DNA of 61,905 nucleotides, filler included, from Stramenopiles sp. TOSAG23-6 (taxonomy: Eukaryota), in NCBI GenBank assembly GCA_900128565.1. It is 24 parts of 24 records of this genome, joined end to end, with 100 filler letters (N's around TTAATTAATTAA, not from the genome) between each part and the next. Parts side by side here need not be neighbours in the genome. Positions count along the whole stretch, not along the records: positions 33,704 to 36,182 come from LT638020.1; positions 36,283 to 38,761 come from LT638021.1; positions 38,862 to 41,340 come from LT638022.1; positions 41,441 to 43,918 come from LT638023.1; positions 44,019 to 46,495 come from LT638024.1; 19 more parts are not named here. One strand, written 5' to 3'. Made by a program: the position numbers and the translations under genes. Under the pieces are notes generated by a model. That model ran no database searches. It was not told the origin of the DNA and saw only the letters and a list, made by a program, of their open reading frames with translations. Shown here piece after piece: positions 34,852-46,595 of the stretch; the stretch's first letter is position 1; every line of letters begins with the position of its first letter.

Positions 34852-36081
34852 TTAATCAGACTCATCATCATCATCATCAGACTCATCATCATTTTCTTGA
34901 ATGAATGTAATCCATTCCAATGTTTGAACACGTGCTTCCACACGGCCTTTTAAGGTTTCACTTTTATCATCAGACCAATCAACAAATGCCTCTTCAGATA
35001 TAATATCATTATCATACAATGTCATAAAAATCACTTCAATCAATCCTTTCGGAAACTTAATTTCATAACAAAATGATTGAACTGTAAATACACCATTTTT
35101 CATTGTCTTTTTACAGGATTTTCCAAGAGTACTATATAAAACACGATAAAAGTCTCCACCTTCAGCAATTTCTGAAATAACATTTTCATCATCTTCATTC
35201 TTAGATACCATTGATGCAAAATTACCTTTCGATTTCTTTAGTAAATGTAATAAAACAGCAGTTAAAACATCAACACCACAACTGCCTTTTAATTTTTTAC
35301 GAAGTTCCTTATCAACGATTCCTGAAGAGATCAAATCGAAGATTTCAGAGTTGACTGGAATGTTTTCTATCGCATCTGTCACAATTTTCGGAAGTGGAAT
35401 AAAACTGTCCAATAATTCTTTTGCTTTGGTATTTAGTGTAGAACAATCAACATACGATTTAGAAATTATTTCCTTCAAAACATCTTGAAATATTTCTGGT
35501 GCCTGTTTTTTGAAAAATATTGTAAAAAACATGTTGTACAGATGAGTTTTTTTTTTTTGAGATTTTTTTTTTTTGAGATTTTTTTTTTTTTGTAGTGGGG
35601 AAAAAAATGTAAACATAAAAAAAATAAATGTTTCAGGCGGAAACAATCAGTCATCCGTAGGTTATCTAGGCCTACATTCAGAGGGCTTGGAATAGAAAGT
35701 TTGTCCTCATTAACATTCAAAAATTCAAAAATTCAGATGTAAAAAAAAATCTGAAAAAAAATTGAAAAAAAAATTGAAAAAAAAAATGAAAAAAAAATTT
35801 GAAAATAAAAAATCTAAACAATAAAAATTTGATAATAAAAAACGTACCTTAGGGGCATCCATTGCTAAGTCTTCCATTTGATCAGCTACTTGATTAATAA
35901 CAGCAATTAAACATTCTGAATCAATCGTTTTTTCACGTAATTTTGGAAATAGTTTTTTTAAAGCCTCTCGTTCACTACTTTTAAATCCTTCGACCACTGA
36001 CAATAAAATTGTAACAAGAATTGTTTGATAATAAGGTCTACATTCAAGCTCTTCCATACAAAGAATGAATTCTGTCACATC
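34852..36081 (-). CDS. eIF4G-like C-terminus (MA3 + W2 domains); exons 36081-35848 and 35502-34852
   Basis: DLAMDAPK|APEIF (MA3); LYDNDIISEEAFVDW...WI.FI.E + acidic tail (W2). Confidence 0.8.
35503..35847 (-). other. Canonical GT-AG intron lacking the family hairpin/branch cassette; hosts a snoRNA
   Basis: AAG|GTACGT...AAACAG|GCA, phase 0. Confidence 0.85.
35627..35717 (-). ncRNA. Intronic box C/D snoRNA candidate
   Basis: Terminal stem AATGTT/AACATT, box C ATGAGGA, D' CTGA, C'-like GGATGA, box D CTGA; complex sequence embedded in a poly-T intron. Confidence 0.7.
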
Positions 36082-36350
36082 ATGTATTTTGTAAAAATAT
36101 TTCAAAATTTTTTTTTTTTTTTTTGGTAAAAAAAAATTTTTAGGTAAAAAATTTCGTACGAAAAAAAAAAAAAAAAAAAAAANNNNNNNNNNNNNNNNNN
36201 NNNNNNNNNNNNNNNNNNNNNNNNNNTTAATTAATTAANNNNNNNNNNNNNNNNNNNNNNNNNNNNNNNNNNNNNNNNNNNNACAGATATTGTTGTTTGT
36301 TTGTACTACTTGTTGAAGTTTGAAATTTTGAAATTTTTGAAATTAAAAAA

Positions 36351-37202
36351 TTATGAATTTTTATTTCTTATATTTTTCATTGCATTTAAATGAGCTTCAC
36401 CACCCCACAATGTTTCAAATTCTCGAGCTTCAGTATCAAAAGTATTACAATTATTATAATAACTTGCAATAATTCTTTTATTTGCACGAACTGCTGTTGG
36501 GCTCATTCTTTCTTTCTGAAAATTTTCCTTTAAAAATTGTACGCTTGCAGTAATGGTCTGGCCTGGTACACAAATTTGATCACATATTCCTACAGTAACG
36601 GCTCTTTCAGGGTGTATTACTTCTGCGCCAGCAAGTATTTTACAAGCATCATTCCTAGATACGATGCTACAAAGTCGAGAAGCACCACCCCAACCTGGTG
36701 TTAGTCCCATTGTAGAATGGACCATTTGAAAAATAGTATCCGATGAGAATAATCTAAAATCACAAGACAATGCTAGTTCTGTGCCACCTCCTATAACGGA
36801 TCCTTCAACGGCAGCTATAGTAATTAAGTCTAACCCACGCCAACATTCAAGATAATGTGTCATAAATTGTCGCATTTCTTTACCAAAGTCCTCAGGTATA
36901 GATGTGTCTTTAACTACACTGAGATCTGCACCTGAACAAAAATGTGTTCCTGACCCTGCTAAAATTACACCTAGGCAATCGTTATTATTGCTACTAATGT
37001 CTTCTAATTTTTCTATTGCTGAAGCAAGTTCCGTCATCATTTTACCACTGATTGCATTTCTTCGGCTTTCATTATGTAATGTGACTGTATATATACCTGG
37101 TAAAGCTTCATTCAACGCAACATGACCTCCGCCTAAACGACGTAGTTTTGGGAAGGTTCGTGCAGCTGTTTTACGACAAAGGTATGATATCGGTATCGAC
37201 AT
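36351..37202 (-). CDS. ECHDC1: Enoyl-CoA hydratase/crotonase family, ECHDC1 (ethylmalonyl-CoA decarboxylase)-like
   Basis: RRNAISGKMM, FCSGADL, IGGGTELALSCDFR, MGLTPGWGGASRL, LWGGEAH. Confidence 0.85.
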   Translation of the reverse strand: MSIPISYLCRKTAARTFPKLRRLGGGHVALNEALPGIYTVTLHNESRRNAISGKMMTELASAIEKLEDISSNNNDCLGVILAGSGTHFCSGADLSVVKDTSIPEDFGKEMRQFMTHYLECWRGLDLITIAAVEGSVIGGGTELALSCDFRLFSSDTIFQMVHSTMGLTPGWGGASRLCSIVSRNDACKILAGAEVIHPERAVTVGICDQICVPGQTITASVQFLKENFQKERMSPTAVRANKRIIASYYNNCNTFDTEAREFETLWGGEAHLNAMKNIRNKNS

Positions 37203-37413
37203 CTAAACAACAAAAATGATCATGGTTGCTTAAGGAACATAAAGAATGAAGAACAAGTTTTTTATTTTTTTAACTTTGTACGCGAAAATGACCAGTTCGA
37301 GTTGCCATCAAAAACATCAAAAACATCAAAAACATCAAATCTCGTTTTTTTCCCAAGTCAAGTTCTCTTTTTTGTTCAAAACAATAATAAATACTACGTA
37401 CTTCTTCAAAAAG

Positions 37414-38761
37414 ATGGTAAGAGATAAATGTTTTGGTCTCTCCTGTGATACTGTATTTGCGTACAATACATCCAAAACCGTTGTAATAAGAGACCGCCGT
37501 GTTGGATGTCTCAGAATTTTTTTCCTGGCAGTAATTTTTATTTACATTGTCGTGTTTAAGATTCTGTATCAAAACGGTGGCTACACTTATGAACCACCAG
37601 TAGGCACAATACGCTTTGAGCTTCGTGCACCAGTTGTTGATAATTGTAATCCATACAAAGCAAACTGTGATAATAATTTTCTTCCTTTGACTAAATTACC
37701 ATACTGTTTGCAAAATCAAGAAAAGCGTCCAATTCCTGGGCAAAACGCTACGTTAGACAATTTCAACTGTGCCTATCTGGATTCGTTAGAAGCTGGTAAA
37801 GATGATTCTTTCTCCGTATATTTGACCACTTTCTTGAAAAGGTATACCCAAACACGAATGTGTAGCAATATTATATTGCAATCTAAAGTACCATCGAATA
37901 CAACTTCTTGTACACAAATGTTTAAAACGACAGCAACAGACCAGTATTTTGTTACACAACCTGAAAAATTTACGTTATTATTAGATCATAGTGCAACTGC
38001 ACCATTATTAGGAATAACTAGTATTGGACGTACCACAAATGGACGTCTAAAAATAAAAGAAGGAAATGATCAATTGTGTCTACATCCACCAAAAGGTCAT
38101 GTCGCATATAAATATGCTCTTGGGGAAGAAAATAGTCCTACAAAAGCACCATGTATCTTTTTATTGTAATCCGTAATACTTTTTTTTTTTTTGGTTTTCA
38201 TACGAAATTTTGTACCTAAAGAAAAAAAATTAATTTTTTTTTTTTTTGAACTTTTATATTTTTTACAATGTATGTTATATTGAGCCAGTACATCCGCCGT
38301 ATCCAAATAACCATTTAGATGTATTTTCAATTGAAACATTACTCTCAGCTGCAGGGCTTGGCTTGGATACTGTGGCATATCAAACAGGGAACAAACCTGA
38401 TAGTGTACGAAAACGTGGAGGTATAGTTATGTACATTTTCATTATGAATATTGTACCAATTTTGAAATTATTTTTTTTTTTTTTTTTNTAAAAAAATTTT
38501 NTACCTAAANAAAAANAAAAAAAAAAAAAAAAATTACAGTGTCAATATACGATATTCATTATTTAAATAATCATTAATCATCATTTAAATCATCATTTAA
38601 ATGATTATTAAATAATTTCAAATTTTTGTAAAATATATATATATATATCCACAATACATTGTGTCCATATCATATGAAAATACACTACCATGGATGCAAA
38701 CAACAACGCCATTTTATACTTATGAATTATCTACTTTACCACATACTGAATTTAAAACACA
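37414..38761 (+). CDS. P2X purinoreceptor-like cation channel, 3' partial; exons 37414-38152, 38274-38430, 38660-end
   Basis: FAYNTSK (YxTxK) + VIRDRRVG + TM1; FTLLLDHS; spliced R.RGGIVIVSISYEN. Confidence 0.85.
38153..38273 (+). other. Non-canonical intron GT-AT
   Basis: AT|GTATCT...TTGTACCTAAA...CAATGTAT|GT; KAPCYIEP. Confidence 0.75.
38431..38659 (+). other. Non-canonical intron GT-AT
   Basis: AT|GTACAT...CCACAATACAT|T; restores GGIVIVSISYEN. Confidence 0.75.
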
Positions 38762-38929
38762 NNNNNNNNNNNNNNNNNNNNNNNNNNNNNNNNNNNNNNN
38801 NNNNNTTAATTAATTAANNNNNNNNNNNNNNNNNNNNNNNNNNNNNNNNNNNNNNNNNNNNACAGATATTGTTGTTTGTTTGTACTACTTGTTGAAGTTT
38901 GAAATTTTGAAATTTTTGAAATTAAAAAA

Positions 38930-39781
38930 TTATGAATTTTTATTTCTTATATTTTTCATTGCATTTAAATGAGCTTCACCACCCCACAATGTTTCAAATT
39001 CTCGAGCTTCAGTATCAAAAGTATTACAATTATTATAATAACTTGCAATAATTCTTTTATTTGCACGAACTGCTGTTGGGCTCATTCTTTCTTTCTGAAA
39101 ATTTTCCTTTAAAAATTGTACGCTTGCAGTAATGGTCTGGCCTGGTACACAAATTTGATCACATATTCCTACAGTAACGGCTCTTTCAGGGTGTATTACT
39201 TCTGCGCCAGCAAGTATTTTACAAGCATCATTCCTAGATACGATGCTACAAAGTCGAGAAGCACCACCCCAACCTGGTGTTAGTCCCATTGTAGAATGGA
39301 CCATTTGAAAAATAGTATCCGATGAGAATAATCTAAAATCACAAGACAATGCTAGTTCTGTGCCACCTCCTATAACGGATCCTTCAACGGCAGCTATAGT
39401 AATTAAGTCTAACCCACGCCAACATTCAAGATAATGTGTCATAAATTGTCGCATTTCTTTACCAAAGTCCTCAGGTATAGATGTGTCTTTAACTACACTG
39501 AGATCTGCACCTGAACAAAAATGTGTTCCTGACCCTGCTAAAATTACACCTAGGCAATCGTTATTATTGCTACTAATGTCTTCTAATTTTTCTATTGCTG
39601 AAGCAAGTTCCGTCATCATTTTACCACTGATTGCATTTCTTCGGCTTTCATTATGTAATGTGACTGTATATATACCTGGTAAAGCTTCATTCAACGCAAC
39701 ATGACCTCCGCCTAAACGACGTAGTTTTGGGAAGGTTCGTGCAGCTGTTTTACGACAAAGGTATGATATCGGTATCGACAT
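38930..39781 (-). CDS. ECHDC1: ECHDC1-like crotonase (duplicate copy)
   Basis: Identical to 36351-37202. Confidence 0.85.
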   Translation of the reverse strand: MSIPISYLCRKTAARTFPKLRRLGGGHVALNEALPGIYTVTLHNESRRNAISGKMMTELASAIEKLEDISSNNNDCLGVILAGSGTHFCSGADLSVVKDTSIPEDFGKEMRQFMTHYLECWRGLDLITIAAVEGSVIGGGTELALSCDFRLFSSDTIFQMVHSTMGLTPGWGGASRLCSIVSRNDACKILAGAEVIHPERAVTVGICDQICVPGQTITASVQFLKENFQKERMSPTAVRANKRIIASYYNNCNTFDTEAREFETLWGGEAHLNAMKNIRNKNS

Positions 39782-39992
39782 CTAAACAACAAAAATGATC
39801 ATGGTTGCTTAAGGAACATAAAGAATGAAGAACAAGTTTTTTATTTTTTTAACTTTGTACGCGAAAATGACCAGTTCGAGTTGCCATCAAAAACATCAAA
39901 AACATCAAAAACATCAAATCTCGTTTTTTTCCCAAGTCAAGTTCTCTTTTTTGTTCAAAACAATAATAAATACTACGTACTTCTTCAAAAAG

Positions 39993-41340
39993 ATGGTAAG
40001 AGATAAATGTTTTGGTCTCTCCTGTGATACTGTATTTGCGTACAATACATCCAAAACCGTTGTAATAAGAGACCGCCGTGTTGGATGTCTCAGAATTTTT
40101 TTCCTGGCAGTAATTTTTATTTACATTGTCGTGTTTAAGATTCTGTATCAAAACGGTGGCTACACTTATGAACCACCAGTAGGCACAATACGCTTTGAGC
40201 TTCGTGCACCAGTTGTTGATAATTGTAATCCATACAAAGCAAACTGTGATAATAATTTTCTTCCTTTGACTAAATTACCATACTGTTTGCAAAATCAAGA
40301 AAAGCGTCCAATTCCTGGGCAAAACGCTACGTTAGACAATTTCAACTGTGCCTATCTGGATTCGTTAGAAGCTGGTAAAGATGATTCTTTCTCCGTATAT
40401 TTGACCACTTTCTTGAAAAGGTATACCCAAACACGAATGTGTAGCAATATTATATTGCAATCTAAAGTACCATCGAATACAACTTCTTGTACACAAATGT
40501 TTAAAACGACAGCAACAGACCAGTATTTTGTTACACAACCTGAAAAATTTACGTTATTATTAGATCATAGTGCAACTGCACCATTATTAGGAATAACTAG
40601 TATTGGACGTACCACAAATGGACGTCTAAAAATAAAAGAAGGAAATGATCAATTGTGTCTACATCCACCAAAAGGTCATGTCGCATATAAATATGCTCTT
40701 GGGGAAGAAAATAGTCCTACAAAAGCACCATGTATCTTTTTATTGTAATCCGTAATACTTTTTTTTTTTTTGGTTTTCATACGAAATTTTGTACCTAAAG
40801 AAAAAAAATTAATTTTTTTTTTTTTTGAACTTTTATATTTTTTACAATGTATGTTATATTGAGCCAGTACATCCGCCGTATCCAAATAACCATTTAGATG
40901 TATTTTCAATTGAAACATTACTCTCAGCTGCAGGGCTTGGCTTGGATACTGTGGCATATCAAACAGGGAACAAACCTGATAGTGTACGAAAACGTGGAGG
41001 TATAGTTATGTACATTTTCATTATGAATATTGTACCAATTTTGAAATTATTTTTTTTTTTTTTTTTNTAAAAAAATTTTNTACCTAAANAAAAANAAAAA
41101 AAAAAAAAAAAATTACAGTGTCAATATACGATATTCATTATTTAAATAATCATTAATCATCATTTAAATCATCATTTAAATGATTATTAAATAATTTCAA
41201 ATTTTTGTAAAATATATATATATATATCCACAATACATTGTGTCCATATCATATGAAAATACACTACCATGGATGCAAACAACAACGCCATTTTATACTT
41301 ATGAATTATCTACTTTACCACATACTGAATTTAAAACACA
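39993..41340 (+). CDS. P2X receptor-like (duplicate copy)
   Basis: Identical to 37414-38761. Confidence 0.85.
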
Positions 41341-41526
41341 NNNNNNNNNNNNNNNNNNNNNNNNNNNNNNNNNNNNNNNNNNNNTTAATTAATTAANNNN
41401 NNNNNNNNNNNNNNNNNNNNNNNNNNNNNNNNNNNNNNNNTTTTATTTTTTTTCAAATTCGATTTTTTTTTTTATAAAAATTTTGTACCTAACAAATGTT
41501 TTTTCAAATATTTTTCCATAATACAT

Positions 41527-42625
41527 TAAACGTTGCAAAGCAATCTGCAATACAGCATTCAATGAAGAATCTAAGAAACATGGATTCAGAATACCCAGAA
41601 AAAGACGCTTGCTACTCACAGGATGAAGAAATGGAATGCACAAATAATATAAAAATTCAATTAATTGAAGCTGGAATTGATCTCCACAAGTTTGACCCAA
41701 CCGTAACAAAACCTATTATTCCAAAAAATGACTCTGAAATACTTGTTGGATTTGTTGGAAGACTTGTAGAACAAAAACGACCGTTAGAATTTGTTAAAAT
41801 GGCTTCTGTAATACAGCAACGTTTGAATACTGTTTTCAATATTAATAGTAGTAAAGAATATACTTTAAAACAAATTTGCCATAGTATAGAAAATGTTCAA
41901 ACTAAAGATAATGAAAAAATATCCCAGAATTACCCCACAAAGAGTATATCCAAATATATTCGATTTATTATGGTTGGTTCAGGAGGTGCGTCAACTTCCA
42001 TTGTAAACTTGGCCAAATCGTTGGGAGTGAATATTGAATTTTTTGATTCAACAGAACATGTACCACAAGTACTATCATCTTTAGATATGTGCGTTTTCAT
42101 CATTTTAATTTCAAAATTTGAATTATAATTTTTTTTTCGGACCTAATTCAAATCCGATATTTTTTTATATCTAACAAATTTCAAACTTTTAAATATATGT
42201 TTTCGCTTTACATTTTTATCCATCTATCAGTTTGGGACACTGCGGCGTATGTACGTTTCATTTTTTTTCAATTTCTAATTTATTTTTCGTACGGAATTTT
42301 GTACCTAACGTTTTTTTTGAAATATTTTTCCAAACTACATGCTGTGCGCGAGGCAATGGCAATGAAACTTCCTGTAGTTGCTCTTAGTACAAATTTAGGA
42401 GTTTCTGATTATGTTGAACACGAAAAATCTGGATTACTAGTAAATTCTCTCAATGAAGAAGAAGTTGCTTCAGCTGTGCTAAAATTAGTTTGTAATAAAA
42501 AAAAACGAGAAGAATTTGGATATAACGGAAGATTAGTCATTGAGAACATTGCGCCAATTGATAGATTTGTAGATGAACACGCCGCTTTATACGTCAAATT
42601 GTGGCGAAATCGTACACGTACGTAA
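41527..42625 (+). CDS. GT-B (GT4-like) glycosyltransferase, 3' part; exons 41527-42088, 42214-42250, 42341-42625
   Basis: GFVGRLVEQK, spliced DIFIHLSVWDTAAYAVREAMAMKLPVVA, SGLLV. Confidence 0.88.
42089..42213 (+). other. Non-canonical intron GT-AT
   Basis: AT|GTGCGT...ATCTAAC...TTTACAT|T; restores LDIFIHLS. Confidence 0.75.
42251..42340 (+). other. Non-canonical intron GT-AT
   Basis: TAT|GTACGT...GTACGGAATTTTGTACCTAAC...CAAACTACAT|GCT; retention would insert 30 aa into the GT4 signature. Confidence 0.8.
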
Positions 42626-42935
42626 TTAAATAGCGTATATGAAAGGTTGTTCTTGCTTTTTTATGCATTTTGTGGGATTCAATATTTGTTTTTTTATTTA
42701 ATGATCAAGTAATAAAAATTGATTGTAAGGACATAATAATACAAAAAAGTAATTTGAAAAAGAAAGGTGTACGGCAGAAATTGATTTTTTATCATTTTTT
42801 CTTTAACTTTAGAAAAAGGAAGATTGGAAAACAAACAATCATTTCACTGAAAATCTTTTATTCAAATAAAAATCTTTCTACTCAATATACCCTTCTCAAA
42901 TACCGCTAGTTGAACTATCACTAAAACCAATATTA

Positions 42936-43918
42936 TTATATAGCAGGAGTCCAGAAGAAATCTGCAGGTGGTTCCGGTTCAATACCTTCATCCTTATCTT
43001 CAGCTGCGCCAATACTGAGAGGTTTCACTACCACAAGATCCTCCTCCACATCAGGAGTTCCATCACTTAAAACCACAATACCTAGATTACGACACGAATT
43101 CTTGAGCACTGGAGTGTATCGTTGCCCACTAGGAATACTTATAAAGGATTGTTGTCGTCTAGTAATTCGCTGAGGATTTGACACATCAAAAAACTCTGGT
43201 TCAGGAGTTTCGTCAACTTTTTCTTTTTCTTTCTTTTCTTCCTCTTTCTTTTCTTCCTCTTTTTTTTCTGTTTTCGAATCAACTGATTTCGAAGTATCCA
43301 CTTCCATATCATCTTTGGATTCTTCAGAAGTTTCAGAAGTATTCGTATCAACTCCAGCATCACGATCTTTCTTTTTTTGTCGTGCTTTCTCTTTTGCTGT
43401 TGTTGAAAGAGCAACAGTTTCAATTCTTTTTTTCTCTGCTTCTACTTCAACTTTAAGTTTTTCAGGATACGCAAATAAGGACGGACGAGCATTACACTTC
43501 AAACTGAACCCTTTTGGCATTTTCATATTCTTATTAATACCAATGATACCTGTAGGAGTGAATGAAAAAGACAAATTGGGTACCAATACCAGTGCTGAAG
43601 AAATAGAGCCATACCAACAACTGCACTCAGACGCTTAAAACCTGCATTTGATGCAAGTGTAATCGTAGTATTACAACCACCTGCATTAAGAATACCTGTC
43701 GCTAGTACTGCACCCATTTTCGCCATAGTTGGCTGGTGTTTATCAGGTATAACTTTAGTAAGCGATTCACGAAAACCTTTGAGGATAGGTTCGGCCGCCT
43801 CTGTTTCTTGAATTAATACCATAGATAAAGCAAGCATGGCACCTTGACGTACATAATCCACTTTATCCTTAACTAAACGATTCAACAATTTTAGAGCACT
43901 CGGTAATGCAGTTCCAGC
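42936..43918 (-). CDS. RPN2: 26S proteasome regulatory subunit RPN2/PSMD1, C-terminal part, with a frameshift near 43575
   Basis: VDYVRQGA, GILNAGG.N, QHWYWYP, SFTPT, LSTTAK, NP.R. Confidence 0.92.
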
Positions 43919-44018
43919 NNNNNNNNNNNNNNNNNNNNNNNNNNNNNNNNNNNNNNNNNNNNTTAATTAATTAANNNNNNNNNNNNNNNNNNNNNNNNNN
44001 NNNNNNNNNNNNNNNNNN

Positions 44019-44915
44019 GATCACTTTAAGAACCGGCTCTGCCACATTGGGTGCTGGAGGTAGTGTCAGCGTTGTTGTTGGGAGCGGAACTGTATCAAAT
44101 GGAGGTCGCATTTCTATAACAGCTGGAGAAAGTACTTCTGCTACTGGTGGTTCATTTTCAATCATATCTGGATATGGTAGAAGTAAATCTAGTGGTAGTT
44201 TTAGTATTAAAACTGCGAATGCAGGAACCAGTGGCGTATCTGGATCTCTAAGTTTAACATCAGGAACAAGCACAACAGGAAGCAGTGGTGATATTATACT
44301 TCGTACAGGATCTGCGACTGGTGGTACTGGTGGAAATATTAGTATTGTTGTTGGAAGTGGAAATGGAGCTTCTACTGAAGGAGAAGATACTGGTACTGGA
44401 GGTAGTGTCGTTGTAAGTGCTGGAGAAAGCACAACACTGACTGGAGGAGCTATCTCCATCATATCTGGATACGGAAACGCGACATCCAGTGGTTCATTTA
44501 GTATAAGTACATCTAGTGGTGGGACTTCCGGAGTATCAGGAACAATATCAGTTACAACAGGAAATGTTTCAACTGGTGGTAGTTCGGGTATGATCACTCT
44601 AAGAACCGGCTCTGCCACTTTGGGAGCTGGAGGTAGTGTCAGCGTTGTCGTTGGTAGTGGAAATGTATCAAATGGAGGTCGCATTACCTTGACAGCTGGT
44701 GAAAGTACTTCTGCTACTGGTGGTGCATTTTCAATGATATCTGGATATGGTAGAAGTAAATCTAGTGGAAGTTTCAGCATTAAAACTTCAAATGCTGGAA
44801 GCAACGGTGTATCTGGATCTCTAAGTTTAACATCAGGAACNAGCACNANGGGAAGCAGTGGTGATATTATNCTTCGTACAGGATCTGCGACTAGTGGTAC
44901 TGGTGGAAACATTAG
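44019..44915 (+). CDS. Gly/Ser/Thr-rich repeat protein fragment (beta-solenoid-like)
   Basis: Regular ~18/54-aa repeats GGSVSVVVGSG..GGRISITAGEST..SSGSFSI. Confidence 0.65.
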
Positions 44916-46495
44916 TACCTTTCGATGCCTTACCTGATGCCAACGTTATCTGTCCACTGCTTCCTTCAGTTGCATGCCCCGTTTTGAGTGTGAGAGAACC
45001 TGATACACCATTATCTCCAGCATTTGCAGAAATAATACTAAACGCGCCACTTGACGATGATCTCCCGTAACCTGTTATCATTGATATGCTACCACCTGTT
45101 AAATCAGTGCTCTCTCCTGCATTTATGATGACACGTCCTCCTGTTGTTTTGCTTCCACTACCTACAGCGATGCTAATACTACCAGCAGCACCAAGTGTTG
45201 CAGACCCTGATTTAATCAAAATAGCCCCACTATTACCTTTTGAGGATGTACCAGTGACAACGGTTAATATTCCAGATATACCTTGATTGCCACTGTTTGC
45301 AGTACGAATACTGAATGATCCACTTGAAGTTGAGGAACCATACCCACTTACAATAGATATAGAGCCACCAGTCAAATCAGTACTTTCTCCTGCAGTGATT
45401 ACAACTCGGCCACCTACATTTAAATTCCCTCGACCAACGATCACGCTGACACTACCACCTGTCCCTTTCTTTGCTGAACCCGTTCGAAGGATAATACTAC
45501 CACTGTTACCAAAAGTTGCGTCACCTGAATTGAGTGTTAAATTACCCGTAGTTCCATTTTCACCTGCATTCGCAGTGCGAATGCTAAATGAACCACTTGA
45601 TGTTGAAATTCCGTAACCCGAAATCATAGAGATATCCCCACCAACCCCAGTGGTGCTCTCACCGGCATTCATCTGAATGCGTCCACCTGAATTTAAATTA
45701 CCCCTACCAATTACTACACTGATACTACCCCCTGTGCCTTTCTCTGCAGAACCTGTCCGAATCGTGATCATGCCACTGCTTCCCTTTTTCGTTGTACCTG
45801 ATGTTAATGACAAGTTCCCAGAAACACCGTGCGTACCAGAATCTCCAGTCCTGATGCTGAAACTTCCACTTGAACTTTTTGTTCCATACCCTGAAACTAT
45901 AGAAACTGCTCCCCCAGTTTCAGCACCCTCATCTGGTTCTCCTGTTGAACCTGCGTGGACTACAACTCTCCCTCCAGCACCATCATTTCCACCTCCAATG
46001 ACCATGCTAATACTACCAGAAGTACCATTTAAAGAATTTCCGCTTCTCAAAGTGATAGACCCGCTACCACCATTAGCCGCAACACCCGTGGTAAGTGCAA
46101 TGGAACCAGACACGCCANNNCGTATACTAAAAGTACCACTCGAAGAAGCTGAGCCATAACCGGAAGTCATAGATATTGCTCCTCCTGTTACGGTTGTACT
46201 CCCCCCTGCACTTACATTAACTCGTCCACCGACATTCACATTTCCACTTCCAATGACAATACTAATAGACCCACTGGTGCCCTTAGTTGCTGACCCTGTT
46301 CGAATAGTGATCATCCCGGAGCTACCATGGTCACTTACATTTCCTGTTTTTAATGTTATTGATCCTGAAATACCATTAGTGCCTGCATTTCCAGTACGGA
46401 TACTGAAAGATCCACTTGAGGTATTAGTACCATAGCCAGATATTACTGAAATAGCACCACCTGTTGAGGTTGTACTCTCTCCTGCATTAACAACA
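44916..46495 (-). CDS. Gly/Ser/Thr-rich repeat protein fragment, same family, opposite strand
   Basis: Same repeat grammar; collides with the + fragment near 44915 without a proper stop. Confidence 0.65.
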
Positions 46496-46595
46496 NNNNN
46501 NNNNNNNNNNNNNNNNNNNNNNNNNNNNNNNNNNNNNNNTTAATTAATTAANNNNNNNNNNNNNNNNNNNNNNNNNNNNNNNNNNNNNNNNNNNN

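Larger units (their letters stand above)
38862..41340. repeat. Exact duplicate of contig 36283-38761 (assembly redundancy)
   Basis: Same sequence including the ambiguous N positions, offset 2579. Confidence 0.97.

Noticed and set aside
38153..38273. U12-type (minor spliceosome) identity
   Set aside because: Only this donor (GTATCTTT) resembles GTATCCTT; the family donor is GTAYGT and the branch motif is not TCCTTAAC.
36283..41340. Tandem gene duplication of ECHDC1/P2X
   Set aside because: Separate contigs identical even at N positions; redundancy in the assembly.
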